From: Nageia nagi
Lineage: Eukaryota; Plantae; Pinophyta
Reading direction: 5' to 3'
Assembly (NCBI GenBank): GCA_050084985.1
Contig: JBITNC010000002.1
Span: forward strand, 19,902,001 to 19,966,000
Length of the DNA: 64,000 nt
Part shown: positions 43,493-55,899 of the stretch, in pieces
Position numbering within the stretch: the first letter of the stretch is position 1
Layout of the letters: every line of letters begins with the position of its first letter
Translations under genes and position numbers: made by a program
Notes under the pieces: generated by a model
What the model saw: only the letters and a program-made list of their open reading frames with translations
The model's database searches: none
What the model was told of the DNA's origin: nothing

Positions 43493-44779
43493 GTGGCACA
43501 AGAACTTATCAATGCTTACCCTTATTGGTCAGATAGAGAAAAAGATATTAAAGAGATGGAAGTGAGAAAGACAATAGACACACAATCTTATAAAAAAGCT
43601 CAACTATTTGTAAGACAAGTAATTATAAGAGAGTTAGAAAAACAACTAATCCAAGAATGGAGAGATCAAAATGGGAGATTTACCCCTGAAATACTTGAAT
43701 ATGAGAATGAGAAAGAAACTGAAAAACCCAATCTCCTAGAGAATGAGAAAAACGATAACAACGTAACTGCACAAAACGAAAAAGAGAAATCAGAGAAAAG
43801 AATGGCACAGCTGAAAGTAATGGTTGAACAACTAAAGAGGCTAACATTATTGAGTAAAGAAAAAGAGGGTGAACAGCTAAATGAAAAGCACCCTTTTTGT
43901 GCAAATATAAAAGGCAAAACATGGGAAGAAGAAGACATAGATTTCAGTAAATATGATGGCATTAGTGATACAAGAATACACATCACAATCTTTGAGGAAG
44001 CAGCTTGTAACCATCAATATGATACAGATATGTTAGCAAGATTATTTCAACTTAGTTTAGGGAAAGAAGCTTCCGAATGGTTTTATAATCTTGAAAATCA
44101 AAGTATCACTAGTTATGAGCAATTGAAACAAGAATTCCTAAATCAATATCAACACAACAAAAAAAGAAAACCAACCCTTGTTGATTTAGCAAGAATGAGA
44201 CAACGTGAGAGCCAATCATTTGATGAATTTGTAAAAACATGGAGGAAAATAGCAACATTTATAAATCTAAGTGAAAAAGACCTAAAACATATGTTGATAA
44301 AATCCCTTAGAGATGAGATGATACTGGAATTTTTCAACTATCTAGAGCAACCCCTCTCCGAAATTATAATGTCTATGATTCGAAAAGAGAAACACATGGT
44401 GAAAATCGATTCTTGGAAATTTAAAAGAGAGGAAAGGAAACCATCAACTATGAGAATGATAGCAATAGTTACAACAGTGAAAGAAACACCTTGTCCAACC
44501 AAGCAAGAAACTCCTTGAGTATACACCAAGATTACAGAAGACCATGATAAGTTGTTACAATCATTGCTACAAAAGGGTTTGATTCAACTACCACCCATGA
44601 ACCAAAAAACCACTAAAACTGTAGGAGGATTTTGTGGATATCATAGAGTTCATGGACATAAAACATATGAATGCAAGAAGTTCAAAGATACAATCCAAGA
44701 TTTGGTGGACAAGAAAGTAATATCATTTGAAAAACAAGAAAAGAAAAAGACTCCTATGCATGCAGATAATGAAAATTGA
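43493..44779 (+). mobile_element. Gypsy (Tat/Ogre-like) gag with a C-terminal zinc knuckle; frameshifted and not followed by pol
   Basis: FSKYDG..D..H...F; LARLFQLSLGKEASEWFYNL; L.RMRQRESQSFDEFVKTW; CGYHRVHGHKTYECKKF. Confidence 0.88.
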
Positions 44780-45313
44780 GGATGTACAAGAACCCCATGC
44801 CACAACACAACGTAGGAATATTATATACACAAGGAAATATGATCAAAGAGCCCATTGCCACAGGGGCACAGCAAGAAAAACAACGAAATGAAGCCAGTAC
44901 CAGTGGGGCCACGCGGCCCTCTGGTTACATCATTTGGTAGACGTGCATGATCTAACACTAATGGAACTAACAGTAGGATAGATGAACTAATCGACAACAT
45001 GACGGAGAAAACGAGGGATCGTTCTGGCATCATAACAAGAGCACTAGCGCTCTATTTTTGTCAAGAGTGGACCGTCCATGGTCCTCTTTCGTAGCCAGAT
45101 TTTGTCAAACTAGAAGTTGATGATTGCCCTTTTGTGTGGAGTTTCAACTCCTAGCACGATACCCTTGCAGGCCTCTTCATGCAAAGTTTTAGCTCTCATA
45201 AATACATATCAAAAACAACAAAACAAATAAATAAAGGTCATCTTTTATGTATATCATAAAAAGGTTCATTTTACAAAATCTCAACATGTTTGAGTGATCA
45301 TCATGTGTCTAGA

Positions 45314-47545
45314 GCTATTGCCTCCCAGTAGGACCTCCTCCCCCTACACTGGAACTAGTAGCCCTGCTAGAACCACTACCCCCGCACCTAGCCTTGTATT
45401 TCTCAACCATTGCTTTCTCTTCACCCGCTTGTCTCTCAACCTTGCGCAGCTGCTCATAGAGATCCTGGATTCACGCATTCACGCTTTGTAGGTCCTGGTA
45501 TAGACTAGCATAATCTCCTCCTCCGTATCGCAATTGGCTTTGTAGCTCTCTAATTTCAGCATCCTTTTGTTCTATGAGCCTGTGTAACCGAGCCACATCT
45601 AGTTCAGGATCCTCATCAGCTGTAGATAACATAGAAATCACATATCAGTATTGCATGCATTTACAAATAAAACAAATATATATATAAGATAAAAAGAATA
45701 AATACCATCATCATATTCTTCATCTTCGATCGCATTCGTATCTCCCTCTGTGTCTAGCTCATAGTCATCTTGGTCTGGGTCGGTCTCCTCATTGTCTTCA
45801 TGACCTGCATCAAGTGTCTCATCGCGTGCATCGCCCATGTCATATGAATCCCATCCTGCCTGAGTGTATCCTGTATCACCCCCAGTCTGTGCATCCCCTA
45901 TGTCATCTTCGCCTCCATCATCCTCAACCTAGTCCGCCTCATGTATGCCTAGGTGGTGAGGATTACGTCCTCACCACTAGTCCAAATAGTCCTCGGTATG
46001 CTCATGACCGTCTATATGTAAGTCATCCTCAAAATTAGAGTCCTCACTGGGGGATGTCCACTCGGAATCCCAATCTGATACCGGCTCATAGTCCTCTATA
46101 AACTCCCTGTTGTGGTAGTAGCGTACTACTATCCTGCAGTTGTCTGGTATCCCCTGCTGCATTCTGAACTGCCGAAGTACTCGCTCCGACCTGTATGGCT
46201 CAATGAATGCCTTGCGTGCCTAAATGTATGTAAAGTGTCTCACCCAAGCTAGCTCGTGCATATCCTCGTCCCATTCTAGGGCATACTTGTAGGGACGCCA
46301 GTACATCTAAGACTCCTTGAGTGTATCAAACCGTATCCTCCATCCCTCTAGGTCAACATCAGAAAAGTCAAAACCCTGTGTAGTTGCCCATAGCTACCAT
46401 GTGAGCACATCATCAGGTAGGTCTAATGATAGAGAAGTCAATCTAGAGATGCCTGTGATCATAGGCCCATACTTGTAGTATCATAGAGTGAGCCACCTGT
46501 CTCCCCCCTCTACACCTCAACGAATGAATGCAAATCATGATATAATTATGCCAAGATAGTTGAGCACCATGCATACCGCTGCTCATGTAAAACCATGTCC
46601 ATGATGATAGGAACCATTCCCACAGGAAATGTTTCGCTACTTTTGTCTAGATAGACAACAACATCTAGTAGGCATGCAATGAGGAGCTTCAACCGTAGGT
46701 CATCCCGTGCTAGAGGATCCTCTAGTACGTGTCGCATTAGGGAAACTCCCCTCTTCTTATGATTTACCTCATCCGAACCTGTGAGCTATATAGCCCACTC
46801 CTCTACTCATTCCATGCTAAGAACAGGAACCATATTCACCAACTTACCTCTGATAGACAACCTAATGATCCTGTATATGTCCTCTAGTGTCACCATGATC
46901 TTCCTAGTGGGTAGATGAAAGGTGTTGGAATTAGGATCTCACCTTTCCATCAAAACCGTCAACATGTCCCAATCATGGTAAATATAATCAGCAAAAACCA
47001 AGTAACTCAAAGAAACAGCCTCAAATGTGCTCCAGCTCTCCTCTGATTGGAGCCATTGTTGAGCAATAGTGAAAGTAGTACTTTTTTCGGAAGCCCTCAT
47101 GTAGTAGCTGCAATCCTAACAAAAAGCACCTAAAAGGTAAGTTTCAGTCATAAATGCTTTTTTTTTTTTTATTTTGTAGATAGACAGAAAAGGACCACCA
47201 ATGGTCTAAGAACAGTAAAGAGGACCGCCCATGGTTCAAACTAGGGTAGAAAGGACCACCATCGACCCTTTTCCTATACGGCATGATGATAAAATTTTGT
47301 ATACAGGGTCATACGAAAAAGACAAACATGGCCATGGAGATAGAAAATTCAAAAATAGCACTAAAAATCAAAAACGAAATCATGTGTTTTAACAAGTGAA
47401 ACCCTAAGGATAGAATGCTGGATTTACAGAAAAGCTATAAAAACACATGAAAAAACAGGAATACACCAAAGAAAAGATAGGTAAAGATGATTTACCTAAT
47501 GGCCAATAGGAAAGTTCACCAAAGTAGCTCTGTCCCTCCTGGCAT
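45314..47545 (-). pseudogene. PMD gene, copy 2 (inverted paralogue of copy 1); disrupted
   Basis: Reverse complement aligns along the whole of copy 1 (about 85-90% identity by eye); matching ORFs at 46546-46737, 45977-46162 and 45638-45838. Confidence 0.88.
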
Positions 47546-48119
47546 GTGATCGGTAAAACCATAACAGGAAGCTATAGAAAAACAAAAGCAATCACAAATT
47601 GACAGAAGCAAAGTCAAAAACAAACACCCATTGAATAGGTTTCCAAAAACTTCGAAGCACTCTCCACTCTCAAAATGCAAGCAAGTGATAATGAAAGGGG
47701 GGTCAAACCCTTTTTATAAGATTTCAAGAGCACATTTCTAGACAATCTCAATTGGCGCAACTATGGATTACAAGCAAGTATACGAAGCAATCACTCAGAA
47801 TCAGCAGGAAATACGCCATTGTTCGGGTTCTACAGTTTTCAAAAATTCCTTTAAAAAAAGACCGCCCACGATCTTCTGTGAAGCATTAAAGATCGCCGAA
47901 GGTGTGCTTCTATCAAAATAGACCGTTGGCGGTGTGCTTCTGTCAAAATAGACCGCCCGCGTTCCTTGTTTTGTCAGATTGAACATCCAGATTTGCTGGA
48001 CATAACAAAGAATTACTTATATGGCTATATCTTGAATCGTATTTTGTTATATGCCTTTTAGCACGAAGTTTTGGCTCCCACATAGACACCATGGGTCTTC
48101 AACACGAGATTTCATGCGT

Positions 48120-48485
48120 TATCACATATTATCATGCCTCTCAGCACAGAGTTTCAGCTCTCATCATATCACACCTCTTGGCGCAGAGTTTCAGCTCTCA
48201 TTATATCATGCCTCTTGGCACAGAGTTTCAACTCTCATATCATGCCCCTTGACGTAGAGTTTCAGCTCTCATCATACCATGTCTCCTGACATAGAGTTTC
48301 AGCTCTCATCATATCATGCCTCTTGGTGCGAAGTCTTAGCTCCCATATATACATGCTACGGAGTCCGGCTCTTATATGGCTGCAATATGCCGCTTGGTGT
48401 GAAGTCTCAGCTTCCATTATGTTGCACTTATGCAGAACTTAGCTCTCATCATATTATAGCAGGCCTCTTGGCGCGAAGTTGATCT
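48120..48485 (+). repeat. Tandem array of a ~37 bp unit in the retroelement 3' UTR
   Basis: About 9 degenerate copies of tcatatcatgcctcttggcgcagagtttcagctctca. Confidence 0.9.
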
Positions 48486-48907
48486 CCCATTCTACTACAA
48501 TATGCTATTCGCTCGTGTTTGTCAAAGTTGTCATATGTCATCTGTTGTCTTGTCGATAAGGTCTTGGTATGGTCATGGGTTGTATTGTGATCGGTATCTT
48601 GTTGTGTCATGTTGTCTCGCTGTTACTGTCTTATGTCGTTGGGTCATCAAGCATGTCGTCGTGTATTGTCAGTATCATGACAAGGGGCAGATTGAAGAAC
48701 ATCACAACAGGGAATTTTCTCAACCCATATCTAGCTTTTACAGGTTTTACTATATTACAATCTTTGTTGAAATTCAGATTGATTAGTGTTGGTATTATGC
48801 TTATCAATGCTTGCTAATATTTCATTGCTATGACATCCTGGTTGTACTTTGAATGAAAAATCTCAATGCACCTAGTGATATCAATTTCTCATCCAAAGTG
48901 GGGCATA

Positions 48908-49700
48908 TGTTATCGCATAAAATTTATTTATGCATTTAAATAAATACATTTGCTTGCACTAATACATACCTAGAATATTTAATGCAATGATATCAATGCT
49001 TATCTTGAATATGATCATAATGTCAATGTTTATTTTGAATATGGTTATGATATCAATAGTTGTCTTGAATATCATTATATATTGTGGGCTAACCCTGTTT
49101 ATGTAGGTACACGCCGACCTAAGGAATAGGTCATATTATTATCAATATAAATAGGGATCTAATATTAAGTCCACATCAAGGAGATATATGATCCCATATC
49201 TGGTTTTGGTCGTGGTGGCAATCCTTTAGGTGTCTCTTGATGCTACCATTCAAGGCTGTGGTTTGTGTACTTCCCTACGCAAGCTGTTTTGACACTGACG
49301 ATCTATATTGACATCACATCTCTATTCGAAACATCCATATGCAAGTACTTGACCCAGTTTGAGAACAAAAGGCACTCTGACGAAGACTGTCGGCGCTCCT
49401 TCTGAACACCATATAGACTACCTGCAATCCTATTTTGGCAATATTTCAGGTCACAGCTTCTAGAGCAAGATTCTTCTACCGTCAACGCATCAAATATATC
49501 ATCGTCCTCCGGTGTCAGGTACGCTTCGTAAGGTAAGTATATAAACTACAGTTCTTGGTTGGTATTGTCGTCCTAATTCTAGAGTGGCTATCTTCTTCAT
49601 CCGTTTTTCTGTGTGGGCTAAATTGCTATCCTTAGCTCGAAACGAGTATCTTCGATTTGTAATTATTTAATTATTTGCATTCTCAAAATATTTGTAAACA
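48908..49700 (+). repeat. 3' LTR of the gag/PMD element
   Basis: PPT aaagtggggca (48895-48905), then tgttatcg...gtaaaca; homology to the host LTR resumes at the very next base. Confidence 0.8.
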
Positions 49701-51685
49701 GCTACCTACATGCTAGTGCCAGATTTGGGAGGACCCCACACCCCCACCTTGGCCTAAGATGGCTCCAAGACCCCACATTGGCATTTGATGCTCATAGGCC
49801 CCCTACGTTGGCATGCCTGACCTTTAAGCACCCACATTAAGTGACCCGAGCCCCCCAAAAGCCTGGGATGACTCCTAGGTAAGATCTGAACAGATGATAA
49901 TGTATAAATAGACACTAGAGCTTCATTATTGGACAACATCGATTATTATTATTCTACAATCCATCGAACATCAAGTCTTAGCAGTGATAAGCAACTCTTC
50001 CTAGGTGCAGCGTCTAGAGGGCATTCAAGCTGAGGGATCCTATCTGTCTACGGCATTGATGAAGCACCTTTGCCCATCCGATGGAATTCCAAAGGTTTGC
50101 TTCTACCATTCAGTTGGATATCCAGAGTTCGAGGAGGGCTCTTTCAATGGAGAGGATTCGAGATCTGAGGGAGCATATATGTCCCGTGGTTCCGTGGTTC
50201 GTCCAGTGATTGAGGATATTTATCATTGTGCCCTAGTTGGCTCCTTGGAGGCCAACGACTGCCCTTTAGGACTTGGTATTCTACTTGCTATCATTTCATA
50301 TCATTCGTATAGCCAGAGGGCATATGGATCTCAAACTTGTGTTGTATTGATTCATCTTGTGCATGTGTTGGATTATTGTGGTTGTACATGCTTGTATTTA
50401 CCATGCAATGGCATTATGATGTATTGTCGATTGGATAATGTATTTTTGGGTTAGACGTTGGTATTGTGAGCTTGTATTCATTGCTATTTGCTTGTACTAG
50501 CTAGACGTTGGTATATTTCCATTCCTATGAAGTATATTGCAAGTTCTAACTGCAACGTTGGCACTTGAGGGTTTGTATGCTTAGTGTTTGATGTCCTAGG
50601 CATGACGTCTGGGCATTTGTAATTGAATTTGCTGATTTTGCCTTGAGATCCCATTGGGATCCTTACAGAATTGACTCGATGTATGCTCACAAGTGTTGAT
50701 TTGGAATATGATTGTTGGACAAAATCTGTGAATATTTCAGTTTATATTCTGAATCATACTCCAACAGAAGCAATGGATGATATTACTCCTTGAAGCTTAG
50801 TTAGGAAGGAAACCTATAGTCAAATATTCACATGTCTTTAGAAGTAAGGCTTTCATGCACGTATAGAAGGATAAGAGAAAATAGCTTGATGCAAAGGCAT
50901 TGGGATGCATCCTTCTTGTTTATACTGATGAATCAAAAACTCATTAGCTACTGGATCCTATAATAAGAAAATTCACATAAGATGAGATATAATCTTTGAG
51001 GAAAAAATTGCATTGGACAGTTCTCCTACCACTCCAATGTTTGTAATCATTCTCCTTTTCATGATAAAGTTGAAAAAGAAGAAGATGGGCACTTGTTTGA
51101 TGTACCTAATTCAACTCTTGAAGCATCTTCATCACAGCAAAGAAGTTGCCTAAATTGTATATCAATCATATAAAGCACTTAAAAGGTTTATTCCCAACGG
51201 ATCCATGTAGGTATAAGAAAAAGAATCTCCAGACATGAAGTAAATGTGCTGTTAGTAAGTTCAACAGTTCTATGTTCAAAACCTGACAAAATGAATGAAC
51301 CAGTTGAGTCAAAACCTTGCAAAAAGGCAATGAAGCTTAGAACATGATTGTTTGCGAAGAACAACATTTGGGAACTTCGTTAATCCTCCTGTAGAAAGAA
51401 AATTCTTGGCTACAAATGGGTCTTCCATACAACGTATAAAGCAGATCCTTCACTTGCCAAGAAAAAGGCTCATCTGTTTGCAAAGCTATGCACAACGATA
51501 AGGGGTTGATTATGATTAAACTTTAATCCAAAAAAAAGATTGAAACCATTTACATAGAATTTTCCTTTGCTCCATAGTTTGGGTGGAAGATTCATTGAAC
51601 GGAAGTCAAAAGTGCATCCTTGAATGGCTACTTGAAAACCATTCATATGGTTCAGCTTGAAGGATTCAAGGTACCTAGTCAAGAG

Positions 51686-52272
51686 CAGTGTTGTAAAAAT
51701 CAGCAATTAATAGGAAGAATAAGCAAAAAAATCGTGATCGGGGAAGCAAACGAATTTTTTTGAACCAGTTCCGATTTTTTCTTTTTGCTAATGTGACCAT
51801 TTTTTGGTCATTTTTTCCGATTCCTAATCCAATTTTTAGAACCAGAAATTCGCGCTTCTTAATGAGAAAATCAGATTTCTACTGGACAGTGGCTGGGAGG
51901 ATTAAAAAAACCAGATTTGTTTTTTTTTCACTTTTTCATGCAAACTTCAGCTTTTGTTTAGCGAACTTAGAAATCTTTGATGTGTTCTGGTCCTTGGACA
52001 TTCAATATGTAATACAAAACTGAAAACTCTACGATTTCCAATGCAAAAATTATGTCTTCACTTGTGTAATGTGTTATTTGATATGGAATGTTGTCTTATT
52101 TTATATGCAATGTTTAGAGATAGCTAAAAATGATTTGTTTTAATGTCAACTTGTAAAAATTCCTTGGTTTTTCTTATTTTCCAATTTTTTACCGATTTTT
52201 TGTGCCGACTCTTGATTAATCAGAATCTCCAAGCCAAACGATTCCGATCAGATTCCGAGTCTAACAACTTTG
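51686..52272. mobile_element. hAT-type MITE with an 8 bp TSD
   Basis: gtcaagag|cagtgttgtaaaaatc ... gagtctaacaactttg|gtcaagac; subterminal ccgatt repeats. Confidence 0.75.
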
Positions 52273-53217
52273 GTCAAGACTACAAACTTTTCCAATTGAT
52301 GATATATAAAAACTGATGATCAACTGAGAACACATGGACTTCACATCCATCTGGATCCAATCTCTTCATTTGAATACAAGGAGACAAGATTGTACTACTC
52401 AGTCTATGTTGTTGATTTGGTTAATGTGAAGTGTGACCTAAACTAGTTATATGACTCAATTATCACCTATCCTATAAATTTGAAAAACTCAAGTCACAAC
52501 TTTGTCTCACAGATGAAATCTGCAAAGAATTTGCTTAAAGAAATTTAATGACATTTTGCAACACTGTCCAACTCCATACTAACGAAGATAGAAATGCAAC
52601 TATCCCATTCTTCTCTCTATTGTCAACTGCTTGAGATTCATAATCCTGACTTACATGAGACCAAACATGCATTTTGTTGTGAACAGTTTTTTGAGGTTTA
52701 TGCATCATCCTAAGGTTTGTGATTGGACAGCAGCAAAACAAATTCTCAGATATGTTTGTAGCACAAGATCAATGATCAATTCCTCTTGGCAAAATACACA
52801 AACACAATTTTGCTGGATCCATCAATGATAAAAAAATCTTCTATATTTGTTTTTCATCTTGAATCTAGTCTTGTCTATTGGGTTAGCAAGAACCAAGCAG
52901 CTATTGTTTTATCTTCTGTAGAGGCTGAGCGTTGTACGGCATAAGGCACTATTTATAAAGTGATATGGGTACATCACAGTCTTTTAGATATGAGCATACC
53001 AGTTGATCATCATATTAATCCGTCTTATGGCAATCAAGTTGTTAAGTATGCTCAAGACATGTTAAGGGTCAATGCCATATTACATTGAGAACAAGTTAAA
53101 AATCAGATTCAGCTCCAATTTCATTCCTCTACAGACCAGCTTGTAGATATTTTCAATAAAGCATTAGAACATGCTAAACTTCAAAGTCTTTTGAGATGTT
53201 CTTCATGTAAAACAAAA

Positions 53218-54432
53218 TGTTGTAACAAAGGGAAAATGTTTGGGATAGAGTTAGCATTATTTTTAGAATAATAAACTAAGGTTGTGGTGAATCTTAACAC
53301 TAAGGTTGCTAGTTTGTTTGTGATCCAAAATTTGGATCCCTTCGACATTCAGTAATCTCCATTTCAGTGTGTTCATTGTGATCGTCCTGTCTTCAACTTT
53401 CCGACGCTTCTTTTGGATCGAGAATCCGAGTCCGTATGTGGAAGATATGGTATTAATTCAGTTTGAGTATTTTTGAAAAAAAAAAAATTAAAAGGATTAA
53501 AAAATATATGGCGAGACCCGCCTGCCACCGGGGAGTCAAAACAGCCTGCATGGAAGGTCAAGTGCCGCGTGGAAGTGATGAGGCGGGGGAGAGAGGAGGT
53601 CCACGTTGGAGTTTGACTGCGCCGTTTGACCGCCCACGTGAGCGAGACCGCCAGCTGCGTCCGCCAAACCGCGACCGTGCGTCCATTCACCGCCAGCTAA
53701 GCCGCCCGCATGTGACCGCCCGTCTGACCGTTTGACCGCCCACGTGAGCCTGCCACGAGTCGCCACCACAACGCACCCGCCCGATTTTAAGTTTTTTTAA
53801 CGTATTTTGGCGTTTTCAAATGTTTATGGTGATTTTTGATTCGCCTAAGGTCCTATTATTAGGCTGCGTAATTCTATCAGCCTGAAACAATCCAGAGAGC
53901 GTATTGTTTTGATTTCAGAGCTCGTTTTTGGGAGATTTTTACAACCATTTGAGCCCAAATTTGACAGGAAGATCAAGTAGGTTAATGGGTATCTGAAAAT
54001 AGGTTTTTTATCAAATTTCCTAGTTGTAATACTCTCCAGTTTTAGCTCCAAAAATTGTATAAAAGGGGAGCAAATTGGACGTGAAAAAAAAGGAGGATTT
54101 CAGGAAAGTGTTTTCAGTTCTTGTTGTGATTTTTAGAGCTGTGAGTGTGTTGTGAATGTGAGAGGAGGTTTTGAAGGACCATGGAGGCCTTGTAAAGTGA
54201 TTCCACCCATTGATAGTAGAGAGCTTTTGAGCTAGATGTAGCCCACACTGGGTGAACCAGGATAAATTTTGCTTGTCTCTTTCTATGGTGAATGCTTTTC
54301 TCTTCTCTATGTTTACAATTTTTTCCTGATTTTCCTTTACAGGCATTTAATTGTTTTAAGTGTGAATTGATCCTAAGAAAAGGTTAAATTGAAATTTTAA
54401 TCTTATAGTTTATGGATCAGTTTGCTACAACA
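53218..54432 (+). repeat. LTR-like sequence with a GC-rich GACCGCC repeat core
   Basis: Termini tgttgtaacaaa / tttgctacaaca (11/12 inverted match); tataaaagggg TATA; gatgtagcc..gggtgaacc motif common in plant LTRs. It may instead start at 53237 after a Copia PPT. Confidence 0.65.
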
Positions 54433-54446
54433 TGTACTGTTCCATG

Positions 54447-54648
54447 CATAGTATACAAATACGTTTTTTTAGGAAATATAGCTTGGGACCAAATTTTAAA
54501 AATTGGCAAAAAATCAAGGAAAAACGGAAACAAAATGCCAAAAATACTATAGATGGCAAGAACATTTAAAATTCAGTAAAATTCGGGGCCCCTTAAAATT
54601 CGCAAATATTAAACAAATTCATTTTAAGTAAAGAATTTGTATACTATG
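54447..54648. mobile_element. ~200 bp MITE
   Basis: Perfect 14 bp TIR catagtatacaaat / atttgtatactatg; no TSD seen. Confidence 0.65.
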
Positions 54649-55899
54649 GCCGTCACTCAACTTCCACATATGACTTTAATATTTCATATGATTTATAAAG
54701 TATACTTTTTAACAATGAAGTACATCAGTGCTCTGTGATTCATTTAATAGATTCAAAGATTTCTTGTCATGTTCACCTTATCTAAATCTCATGTTTTATT
54801 TGTTTCATTTATTTGAAGTTAATGGAAGAAAAAACCATCAGCCTCGGCGTCAGCATGCATTGACTTGAGAAAAATTTGAGTGCCACAAAAACTGACAAAA
54901 AAACACTATAATTATGATACATATTTTCAGATGAAAAATAATGGTTTTTTTCACTTGAATCAATATTGATAGAACAAGCAGGAAACTTCATCACTATTGG
55001 TTAGAAAATGTAAATTAAACAAGAAAACATATGTTAAGAAATAGTACTTCAGCAATTTGCATTATTAATTTATTTCAGACACAAACAAATGTAAAATGTT
55101 GAAAATCAGCCCCTCATAGATCCATTTCTTTTGGCCTAACCCTTGCAGCCACTTTCTATGCATTGGCTGCTTTAACGTTGCATGTGACCCTTATGCTATA
55201 CATGCCCTTATTTATTGCTACCATAAACTCTTTCTCCATGGCCTTAAAGTCCTTAAATGTATATCATATCTGATATCCAATTAGAAAATGAATAGATGGC
55301 ATTCACTTCAATGGCCTTATGGCTGCCTTGCATAATTTGTTTTCAGCAAAAGCAACGGATGTCTCGCACAAACACTGAACCATTTAACCATTGTTGGGTA
55401 AGTTTGTTGCAGTTCTTTAGGTCAATATGCTTAAAGGTGCTTTCAAATGTGTCACACCTTGAAGCAATACATAGTTGGCCTAAGATGTGCCTCACAAGCT
55501 TTTTCAATCCTATAAAAATCCTACACCAGAATAGAATATGTAGATAGAATATAGCATATAGTGGAATTCAAGTGGAGAGAAACTTAAGAAAATGATCAGT
55601 AACTCATAAAACTCTCTATAATTGATCAATAAAACCATCTTCTATTTTCCATTTCTGAGTAAGTAGTTAAGATCAAACATAGAGGGAATCAAACTCCTGG
55701 TATTTGCAGTGGTGGGCTCACTCTTGGAGACACACAGGTGTACTTCTTTTCCTCCAACGAAATAGTTTTCCTTTTTGCAAGTATTTGGTTTCAAATTTCA
55801 ATTATTATTTCTATGTTGTCCAATGGTTCATTTAGACAGTTGTTTGTTGTTCTTTGTTTTCGTCAAGTTGTTGATTTCAAGTCCATGTCTAGCTGCATG

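Larger units (their letters stand above)
39965..47851. repeat. Large inverted repeat with arms 39965-42706 and 45114-47851 and a 2.4 kb spacer
   Basis: aaggaatttttgaaaactgta...gggcaatcatcaactt mirrored by aagttgatgattgccc...tacagttttcaaaaattcctt. Confidence 0.95.
39500..50667 (+). mobile_element. LTR element with a GAATT TSD; only partial LTRs remain (39500-39966 and 49701-50667)
   Basis: gaatt|tgtgatgtcc ... ccttaca|gaatt. The LTR sequence is the reverse-complement relative of the 16070-17243 and 21654-22805 LTRs. Confidence 0.88.
38550..53215 (+). mobile_element. Decayed Ty1/Copia (protease-integrase-RT-RH) split by later insertions
   Basis: Protease-like 38790-38930; integrase up to NGVA...ILE at 39494, resuming LTRCML at 50668; RT remnants 51300-52500; RH (KQILRYV, WVSKNQ..LSSVEAE, DQLVDIFNKAL) 52700-53170. 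Confidence 0.8.

Noticed and set aside
48120-48485. CRISPR-like 37 bp periodicity
   Set aside because: Contiguous tandem units without unique spacers, eukaryotic retroelement context and no cas genes.
50005-50454. 149 aa ORF
   Set aside because: Lies inside an LTR, has a GTG start and no recognisable domain.
53373-53769. Three overlapping ORFs in the GC-rich tract
   Set aside because: Result of stop-codon scarcity in a GC-rich LTR repeat; no recognisable motif.
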